Source: Balanoglossus misakiensis
Taxonomy: Eukaryota; Animalia; Hemichordata
Assembly: GCA_040954595.2 (NCBI GenBank)
Contig: CM082579.2
Location: 6,499,625 to 6,563,624, forward strand
Reading direction: 5' to 3'
DNA length: 64,000 nucleotides
The notes beneath the pieces are model-generated. The model searched no databases and had not been told where the DNA came from. It saw only the letters and a list, made by a program, of their open reading frames with translations. Position 1 is the first letter of the stretch; each line of letters begins with the position of its first letter. The translations under genes were made by a program, and so were the position numbers. This document shows positions 53,812 through 64,000 of this stretch, one piece after another.

Positions 53812-55921
53812 CTGGAAGGAGAGACACCGGTTCTGTGATTGGAATGCATTATACAAAGGAGTGCCAAGTTTTAACACATATTACACATCACAAAAACAAT
53901 TAATGACTTGATTTCATCATTTATAGCATTTGATTGCTGCATCAATAGTTTACAAATGTACATCTATTATGCACTCGGTAGAAATCAAGTCTACACCAGC
54001 AGAATTGATGCCTGCAATACTCTGACTCCTTTCTCCAGTTTAGAGGAGAGCCAATAGTGTGCCCTCCAGTGGCAAATCTTTCGTTTTAAAATCTGCATCC
54101 AGGGTTGAAGATATACTGCGCAGCCTTGCTGTTGTTTATCTCTCATGATAATTAATTTTAATTTCTCCTCAGGGAAACCAGTTATGGGCAGCAGACAGAT
54201 TGGCCTACAAGGTTAACTTCAATATCACCTAGATACCATCCTTTCTGCTTCTTCATCTTCTTCTTGATGAGATTAATAACTGATGGTTTACAACCCCTGA
54301 AATGAATTATGGCTGACTCTGCTTTGCACTGATAGAGGGCATGAACCACATTTGTTTACAAATTAGGATTTAATGGAATGACGTCACTGGGTGGAAGATG
54401 AAGGCCAAGTCGTGAAATGTTACACTCTGTCAATTAAATCCCCATGTGTTTTCTCTTCTGAAATTAGGAAGGGGACGACTAAATTTTAATCAATGAAGAG
54501 AAGAACCACATCAATGCAAATTTTTGCACACACACCCATGAGAACAAAATGCTCTCCAAAAAGGCAACTTTTGCACTAGTGTACTGAAATTTTTTAGAAT
54601 AACCACACTTACTCTGATGTTTCACCCACTAATAGTCAGACCTGACAGCCTGATCGAACATTAGACCCACCAATGAGGCTACAGATCTGAATTTATTGAC
54701 CACCCCGCACCCGAACACAAAATTATGTCAAACTGATAACATTCATCCAGGGGGGAAACACAACACAATGCGAAAAATTGCGACAGACTTGACGTGCAAA
54801 TAATGCCAATGCACGGGGCAATTGCTTGTTATCCAGACACGTCAAGTGTTGACTTTATTGTAACTTATTTGGTTTTATGTGTGGTGCGTGGCAAAAGGGC
54901 ACAAAATTGGAACAACCACCGCCAGTTATGAATATGCGTCTGTCCACTCCACATGCGTCACTATGGACAGTATGACCTCAACTGGACACAAGTACACAGC
55001 CTGTAGCTCAAAGGGAGCATGGGGTGGGCCCTTGCTTGGCCAATTAACGGCATTTACCAGGAAAAATAGAGTAATATCACCCATAAATGTGTTTCCTACA
55101 AAATTATAAACACCTATATGTTGCATTTTATGATGATTGAACCTTGACAGTTCTAAGCATCTCCAAATCACACTGCGTTCTGTCATTGTTCCAGACTGAA
55201 TATTTGACCGTGGTCTTTTGATGAGATCTTCTGATAGAACACAAGGCCCAAGTATACACACATGTGAACATCCTATTATTTCATGCTTTTTCTTCTGGAT
55301 CTGATTACAGATGATTACAAGCCCATTCAGTGACTCTTCACACCTGAGAACATTTCTCACTTTGGGAAAAACAGATCTTATCTACCGATAAAAAAGGGTA
55401 CAATATTTATCGACCGATAATAAGGTACAATATTTGAACTGACTCACTCGCCTATCAAGTCATTGACATGTCCTGTACCCACACACTAATCTCCTGTCCA
55501 CAAATGTCAGGGTAAAGGTCCCATTGAAAAATCATTACAGCATCGGAAAATCAATTTTGTTGGGGTAAAAACACGACAGTAAAAATCTGATTATTTTGCA
55601 AAGTGTTTTTCTGCCGAGACACTAAGCTGGCACTCTGACTTGGAATTTGGTACTTCTGGTGCACATCACATCTCAAATAATAATTTTGACACTTGATAGT
55701 ACAAATACAGATTTGTTAATATTCATGGATGGTAACGCGTCCATGGAATAATGTACAAAGAAACAAATAAAAATGATCCAAATTTTATTGACTCCACCAC
55801 AGTGACGTAAATTTTCACAAAACAAACTCCAAACTTCACAGTCATCATGACTGTAAGTTTGGAGAATGTGTTCAAATTTAATGGTTTATAGAAGACCAAC
55901 CCACATCAAAGCCAACACTCC

Positions 55922-55957
55922 GGTATGGTCAATATTAGTGGTATGGTCAATATTAGT
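55922..55957. repeat. 18-bp tandem duplication
   Basis: ggtatggtcaatattagt x2. Confidence 0.9.
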
Positions 55958-58900
55958 GCGTGACCTAGGGTCGTAAAATGAAGTAACCTCAACTTCCCTG
56001 AGGTCAACAAACATCACCTTGACATTCTTACAATGCTATAAACCACACCAACAAGAAACATGCGCCTTCTTATTTGAAATTAAGGAACTGGAGTGAGCTA
56101 TTATACTACCCTTCTCTTGCAACAGAGTTATTTTTCTCATGGGAAGATAAAACGCACAAAAGGCAACATTTTTCAGCTGAATTTATTTGGCTCTTGATTG
56201 ATTAATGTATCCATGGAAACACAAAATGTCACCGTATAAAGAGAGACATGGGAATACTGTTTACTTGGCCAAACACCACGCTCCTTTGGTATCTCCATGC
56301 ATAGACAGTAGAGGGGGGGGGGGGGGAGATGCTCCATGTTTGGACAAAGACTGTGTAGCAAAACCACAAAAAACCTATGAGTAATAATAAAAACATGTAT
56401 CTCCATGGTACTACCAACAACTTGCCGAATCCAAGCAAGATTAACTCATCCACTGCCATATGCCTTGTCAACAAACATTGTGCATTACCGAGTCATGAAG
56501 ACATCATTCAAACACACACTGAATGAATGAATGGTGTTTCTACAACAACGAAAATCACAGCAAGACCGCAATGTCAATGCTTACCTCAGTCATCATCATT
56601 CCCCAGAAACCAATAATCCTAAAATTAACTCAAGCATGGTAGTCCATGTATATGAACGGTCGGAGCTATATACTTCCATGACTTTGCTCTTCTCAGTCAG
56701 ACCTTTCATCACGTCTAATCAGCCGGATTATCAAGGTCAAGTTCCAGCTTTGTTTACGCGAATACCACATGATCCAAGTTCAGTGTCATATTTTATCCGC
56801 AAACAAAGTGAGGTGTAATCTCTCTGACTTCATTCAGGTGTGTCTGCAGCCTTCACAAAACCTTGATCTGTTGAACTTTTTAAAAGTGCAACACTTTACA
56901 ACCCAATGTTTGGCTAGAAAATTGCACCGTAATTATAAGACCAGAGCCTAAATGGCTGCAAAGCAGAGGTGTTTTGAGGCAACAGGTTTGTGTATGAGGA
57001 TATGACAGTTTTATTGCGTGAAATACTGTCAGATAAGCCAACAATTTAACCTGTAATCCCGGTATATTGCAGTACCATGCACACATATCAACACCCACTC
57101 CAGGGGCGAGTTTTACCATCTGACAAATGCAATATGTTAAATTTTTATTGCACTAAATTCTAATGTCTAATGCACAGTTTTCGGGTTTTAAGCATAATTA
57201 AAATTGTACCCTGCAAATTTCCCCCCAAAAGACACATTCAAGTGGAAATGTAAAGAGTTTCAATATGCCTGGTATGTCCGTTTTCCACACTTAAATGGCA
57301 TGAAAATATCGCAGAAATGTTGAGGGCACTTGTTGGAATCATAAATTCTACAACACTCTACGAGGTACTACATTCCCTTCATAAATGTGACTATACATAA
57401 TGATACTTGGAGTAACAACCTACTGGCCGGTGCTTTAAAATGGACAGGTTCCCATTTTTGACACAGAAAATGTCCTGAAACACAAGAACATTTCTGTGGT
57501 AAAAAAACTTATCACTGTACATACCTATATAGACCACATGCCAAACAAACCTATGACAGCAATCGCTGTACGTACTGGGGGTACACGTGACTTCAGACCC
57601 AATACTGGTCATCACCGCTCTGTCGGTGTACAGATGATTGCAACTCAAGTCATGACATCAGGAAGAAATGACATATTAATTCCCATGAATTATCACTTGC
57701 ATATTAAAACAGACATTACCTTTGGTAGACAGTGTGCCGACCTGTGACAACAGAAAATAACGTTCATTTCCCCGAGGGTCGAATGCTAGGCGTCCAATTG
57801 TAGAAGTTGGGGTACGTTTATAGTTCACTGACCACCACTCGTTGACATTGTATAACCTTTGAGGTCAGTAGATGGGCACACTAATGACCCCCTGAGTGAT
57901 GACTTCAATATCGCTTTAAAACACAGCCAAATTCAGACACTCCTCAAATAATGGTACAATATTTCAACGTCTGTAGAACATTCCACTGATGATGTTTTCA
58001 CCACTATACACTCAATGTCCTTGATGGACATATCAGATGACACACAACTATTATCCTTTCCATAAAAAACGTGGGTGTTCAAATTAAACATTTGCATATA
58101 TTTTATATCTACTGCGAGAACAAGATTTTCCGTGAATCAACCAATGGTAACCCACAACATTTGTCACATGATCTGAATCATCCAACGGCAGCGAAGTGAA
58201 CAAGTTCAAATATGTTTCACTTTGTTTGATAATGTACACACAGGTATTCACATTTTCATTTGTTGTTGTTGCATAACGATTATATAACATGCAAGGTTTA
58301 AATCAAGTCAAGCCTTGTCAACCCTCAGCTGTAATCGTTTCAACAAGCTCAGTCTATTTGCTTACTGGTAATACATGCCAATCTTGACACATCTCAGTGG
58401 AAATTACCTGACACTTTAAAAAGTGGTATTTGTTCAGAATGAAGTAGGTTTTTATGTTATCTAACATTAATACCTTTACGGGATCACACACTGGCAATTC
58501 AAAATTCCAAGTCTTAGAAGTATTGTTTGTACTCCAAAATATGGACATTGTTGATTGGGGAACAAAGGCACGGCATACTTTTAATGATCTCATATCAGAT
58601 ACCACGGAACAGTCTGAAAACCAATTTCATTGGCCCCGTTTTTGAGGCAAATTAACCTGTTAATAACGTACGGCTGGTCAATCAATTCCAGCGAGTCATT
58701 ATGCAGTTCACCCTGGCATCTCCATTTTCCAATTTCAGGGTCAATTTAATACATCACAGAAAACAACTGGGTTTGACCCAACTGACTGTGCAGTGGAGGT
58801 GAAATGGTCATTTATTATAGCAATGGTGTTCTCTGTTTCACTGCATGCTTGTCACATGACTGCAATTAAAGGTCAGTATAAAACAAACATACAGTGCTGA

Positions 58901-59209
58901 TGCATCTTGGGAATGTTTTTGTTACATGTATTTAGAGTTTGTTTACCAAGTATGATACAATAAAACAATAATAAAACAGAGGAATGATGAAATGATGACA
59001 TACATTAACATGTTTCAAATTATGTGATCATCTGATCTATATAATACCATTTGAAAGAAATTGAGGAAAGTTTCATTGATCAGGAAATCAGAATTTAGAC
59101 ATTGGTAGGGAACCAATAAGCTGTCATATACTAAACATTCATATGAGAGACAGACTATCTATTGATACAGTGTATGAAGGGTGTGTGTTTGTGGTATTTA
59201 AAAATTTAC

Positions 59210-59293
59210 CTTAGATTCTACCGGTACTTCTTCATCCATCAGAAACAGTCCACCATCTTCACCAACAAAATCCAAGCCATTGGCTGTTGCCAT
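59210..59293 (-). CDS. First coding exon of a large unidentified minus-strand gene (MATANGLDFVGEDGGLFLMDEEVPVESK); the exon including 5'UTR spans 59357-59210
   Basis: Acceptor TTTTGTCTTTTCAACAG| ends at 59358. An in-frame TAA precedes the ATG (context TCC ATG G). 28 codons end at donor AAG|GTAAAT in phase 0, matching the next exon. Confidence 0.7.
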
Positions 59294-59523
59294 GGAAACT
59301 TGAACAAGTGTTACTACTAGTAATTCCCAACAGAGGAGGACTTCATAGGGCTTTTATCTGTTGAAAAGACAAAATGCACAGTGGCACCAATGACTGTTGG
59401 TCAGAACTTCCTGAGTTTTATTCATGTCATCATTGAAGGAGTGGCTGGCAAACATAAAAGTTTATTTCGGGTGGTGACCATGGAGGGCGCCATAACACCC
59501 GTATTTGGTTTGGATAAGTTTCT

Positions 59524-59552
59524 TTCATTCATTCATTCATTCATTCATTCAT
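59524..59552. repeat. (TTCA)n microsatellite
   Basis: About 7 perfect units. Confidence 0.95.
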
Positions 59553-60918
59553 CAGGCATGAGAAAGGGTGCCCCATTCACTGATAAAATGTAGATAGGTT
59601 TAAACCATAACTGTACCAATGTGTTACCAATTTTTCTTGCACAAATCTATATGAAGTTGACTTGAATTGAATAAACTTCCTTTTAAAAACTTCTTTTATT
59701 TTGTTACTTTTGTACCAATCCGATCAATCTCAATCAAGAGCAGTGGGTTAAATGAAGCCCCTACTTAACTCTTTTTGTTCAAGGATCTATCAACAAAAGA
59801 CAGGAATCAATGAAGCAAAAAATAAACAATAAACAGACACTACATTAGCAACGATAGCCTCCATTCCAAACATTCGCAAACACCCACCACAAATTCGCCA
59901 CATAAAATCAAAACCACCAGCGCAGATCCAAGTGATTTACCACCTAAGAATTTGAAGAATTCGGACTCAAAACTGTGAGATTCACCTTTCCTTTGCTAAC
60001 AAGAACCCCCTCCCCATGGTTCACCATTTGGGGCAATGATGTTTGACAAGACAATTACAAGCAGGACATCCTGTCCTGGCTTTGAACTTGTGTTTTTGAT
60101 CAGAGTAAATAAACACACATGGTTGTTGTTTGTTTTTTGAGGCCAAACAAACTCTAGGAGTTTGTTGTCCTACAGAGGTCATGGTCATCAAAGCTGAGAC
60201 TGATGACTATCAGTGAGAAGTCAGCAAAGTCTTCACAAAAATCTTGTTTATTTTTCACTTTTCCACTATAAACGTGTGCAAAGTGAACAGTGTCTGGAAG
60301 CTGTCAATAAATTTATCTTTGTTTTTGTTGGAGTGGACAGTAACTACATTGTGGTGTCCTCTGAGCGTCCCACGCTGTACATTGAAGCCCTCACGAATGA
60401 ATGAAAAAGACAGCTAGCCCACACGTCTGCGTTGCAAATCTCCATTTCAGCTGAATCGAGACAAGATGCAATGCTTCTAGCCATTCTCGAGAATCTAGTC
60501 ACTTTCTAACTCTGCAAAACAGACTGTGAGAAATGGAATAAAGTATTGAATTGCCACGGTTCCACAGTACAGTGTCACAATACAATATGGCGCAAGGACG
60601 GTGGAGATGGAAAAAAATGCCCATTACGTTATAATACTACCAGAACAGCTGTTTGGTATTGCCAGGTCCATGCTATAGGTTAAAGTTTAGAGGGATCTTC
60701 TACAGTATTACATTTCCCTGCCATGGATATAAAAAACAGAAGGGCAGTAATATCACCGGGTGAATTACGACAGACAGGTGGAAAGACAGAGTCTTCTTGC
60801 TTTTAAAAATAAAATTGTATGCACTAAGGATGAATATATTCTGTCATTTAGAGCTAAAAATATAAAAAAAAAATGTACAGCACAAGTCAGTATAGTGTTG
60901 TTCATATCATATAATTCT

Positions 60919-60997
60919 TTCACCACCATGGTTTGGTCCAAACCTACTGTTCTCTATGGCAAGGTTGGACCTCTACAGAGGGAACTGGGGGTGAACA
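60919..60997. mobile_element. Diverged second copy of the 33.5-kb short repeat
   Basis: ttcaccaccatggtttggtccaaacc...ggacctctacagagggaactgggggtgaaca aligns colinearly with 33545-33625. The outer ends are eroded. Confidence 0.6.
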
Positions 60998-63087
60998 CCA
61001 TATGTGATGACAAATTACACGCACGTTGATGGATGGCTTCATGTGTGATACAACACCAGGGGCTCGACAGTCCTTGTTAACATATAATTGAACATGTGCT
61101 GTTTTTGTTTCAAAACATCAGTGGCTACATGTATCAGTCCCATATGGACTGCCATTGGGTGAAGGTTGCACAAAAGTCACCATGCCATTGAATGAAGTGG
61201 CCACGACCAACACATCTCTGCCGCGAGTGGTTTCTATTTCAAAGCCAATCCCACGTGGCAATCACCGGGCGCAATAAATCAAATCCCAAGCAGAAAACGA
61301 AGGGCAAATATATCGGAATGTTCTGAAAATATACAGCCAAACAGCACTGGGGCACCTGGTACGGAAATTAACACTTGTGTGTAGTAAATTATAGTCTTCG
61401 AGAATAAATGATAAAACGATCGCGAACTTCCTTGCTTTAGTTAAACTCAAATACCTAAACATTATTGGCTCAACTGGTCAATCTTAGTAGTTTTTGCTAC
61501 AGAACGCTATCCTGGCCCTCTGCTGGGGGCATCAGCGAATGTTTGAGAACAAGACCAGCCAAGGGACTGTCCGAGTGAGTCCAAAATCAGGTCTGAATGT
61601 TCATCAGTTGAGGAGATGGTCCCTAAATATCGGCGACCACAAGTCCAAATCGCATCAGGACTCCATTTCACCGGCCACGCTTCCATCATGTGGGTTAATT
61701 GTTTTACTCGCAGGCCCTGGGATCGACTGACCCACTCTCTCGGTGTGACATAAACTATTTCCAGTTACACGGACATTCCGGAACAAATGTGAAATTCTTG
61801 CTTCCATTCAGAAGGCATTCCGGCCGCTCGGAACACAAATAAATTAATGGAGAGTACTAGGGCAGGTTTCAACCTGAGAGACAAAACATGGGGGAATTTT
61901 TTTTATCGAACAGGTGGATTATTATACCCTATTTGACGTGAATCAGGAAATGGCAGATGACATTTTATATCCTGCCACATTTCTTTTTTTTTACAAACTG
62001 GAAAAACAACACCAGACCTATGAGGATGTTGGCTGGTAAAACATCAATATACATGTGAAGCATGTTCCTGTAAATGTTGTGTTTATTTACCTAAAAGCTG
62101 TGATAACTGTGGGGGTGATGTGGTATGCATTACAGTGGTGTACAGTGTGATGTCGAGCATAAAGCCGTTTTGGATTTAATAGGCGCAATATACTACCGTA
62201 CTACTAGTATCTAATGTGAATCTTACTTTGCATTATGCTTCTAGGAAGCTATGCTTTTGAAAGTGTTTCTCCATGTATTGTTGATAAGACACATATGGGT
62301 TTCATCAAATTCAGTGCTTATCCTAGTCACAATATGTCAGTGTTATTGTATTTCCTAACCAATGGGAATTTATTTTTCAATGACTTTTTTCAATGCAACA
62401 ACAGCACTTCTAATACAGGGTATAAAATTAACTAAAAGAAAGGAAGTCGCAGAAACAGAACCTTACACGAGAATGACAGGGAGTAGTGAAAACTATTATC
62501 AACTTTTATATTATTTTTTTCAAAAATCTAACATTGTTTGGATGATGAAAATCATATTAAAGTTGTTTATGACTATGGCTATCAACACCAAATCATATCA
62601 AGCTTTTTTTGCTCCAAGAGTTGAGCCTTCTTCTAAAAAAATCTGATACAAAAGGTCAAACTTTCCCCGTCTAAGTCACAACATCATATAAACTCTACTA
62701 CAAACTGACCTCTTTATATCAGACAGGAAGTTTCACAAGTAGCAGTAGTCACCGACTTCTGGTTATCAGCATTCAACTGAAGGGTTGTGCAGTTTGAATT
62801 TGTGAAATGCTTTTATCAATACTCTCGCAACACATACACCAAGCAAAAACTGTCAATTTCTAAACTTTGCCTTTTAATTTTCATTTCGTGGTGTATTTTG
62901 ATATAGGATGGATTGAAAACGGGTTGAGAACAAATGTTTTTTTTTAAATGTGCATGTGTGAACACATTCTTATGGCAAAAAACAGTCTCCCATGACAGTT
63001 TCACACTAAAAGCTCTTTTTTTCAGAAGAAAGTTCCAGGAGGTGGTAAAAAAAAACAATTAAGGTATGTCAAGAGTCAAAAACCTAC

Positions 63088-63165
63088 CTTAAGCTTTAAA
63101 TGTTTCAAAGAGATCTCTCTCACACTGTGGTACGTCCACACTCACAGCGACCGATCGCTTGTAAA
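63088..63165 (-). other. Candidate non-coding 5'UTR exon of the minus-strand gene
   Basis: Donor AAG|GTAGGT at 63088/63087 and possible acceptor GTGTTTCAACTTCTGCAG|. The acceptor in front of the start-codon exon implies an upstream exon. The 5' boundary is uncertain. Confidence 0.3.
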
Positions 63166-64000
63166 CTGCAGAAGTTGAAACACAACTCTTGTACAGTTAA
63201 TTCCAAAATACTTGAGAGGATTAGTTCCGTAACAGAAGCGAGCCAAGAATTTCAGGGATGCTTTCGTCTTCTGGAAATGCGAAACACTTTGAAAAAAATG
63301 CCAATTACTTCATCGGGCGCGGAAAAAAAATGAAACGTAATTTTTCTCGTTCACTGTAAACTAGTAACAGTAGTATGTGTGTGACAACGGAACAAACTTG
63401 AACTCAATGAGTGTGGAAGCTGGGATGCAGTGGAAGAGACCGATCCATTCAGTATGAGGGGTGTGCGCTAATAGTTGCTGTGTGATTTTTTTGTTTCACA
63501 CTTGAATATGCATGACTTTTGAGGCTTAATACCAAAGATCCTATGCTTTGACACTGGACCGCCAAGTGTTGCATGTACTGCAAGTCATGTCAAAGCACAA
63601 CAGTACTGTTCTCTCCTCAAATGTGATCACATACACTGCGCAATCACCCCCTTCCCATGAATGGAATCACCCGTTGCATGAGAGGGTTGTTGACTCAGTT
63701 GTATTGGCTTTGGGATAGTTTATCTCTTATTAAAGCTTTTTCTTGTACATAATTGACACATTTTTATCCCACAATAAACCCGATAAGCTGTTTACCATAT
63801 TTGATCACATGACCTTCAATTTGACATCAATGGCAAGTATAAACAGTTCCTTGACTGATACAGATAATCTTCCGTTTTGATTCCAATAAGTGGTGTTCTA
63901 CACAATCAAAGTCATTATTAAAAGGCCAGGGTTGTTTGCTTACTTTATCTAAAAGGGAAAAAGAAAACACATATTTTACTTGATAATGTTTGCTAATTTG

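Noticed and set aside
33788-59293. Assigning a gene symbol to the minus-strand gene
   Set aside because: No conserved domain is present in the window, so any name would be a guess.

Overview
Animal (invertebrate-like) genomic DNA, about 40% GC, with many poly-G/C runs and frequent TACATGTA. It is almost entirely intronic. I see no prokaryotic operons, rRNA, tRNA or CRISPR arrays, and most ORF-track entries are chance ORFs. The window holds the 5' part of one large minus-strand gene. By hand I assembled a phase-consistent exon chain: 59293-59210 (start, MATANGLDF...), 53811-53632, 51867-50659 (1209-nt Ser/Pro-rich exon), 42018-41982 (37 nt) and a candidate 21-nt microexon at 33808-33788. This gives about 510 aa of low-complexity N-terminus with no domain I recognise; the rest probably lies below position 1. 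The microexon has a CU-repeat plus UGC upstream signature and completes an RAVTF (RVxF-type PP1 docking) motif across the junction. The introns contain a TATA/CpG-rich internal promoter candidate (~35.0-35.2 kb) and several weaker alternative first-exon candidates. They also contain non-autonomous DNA transposons: two TAGTCTAGAATC-ended elements with long TIRs and 9-bp TSDs, a TA-flanked MITE and a TTAA-type MITE. All gene structure is inferred from splice signals and frame only.
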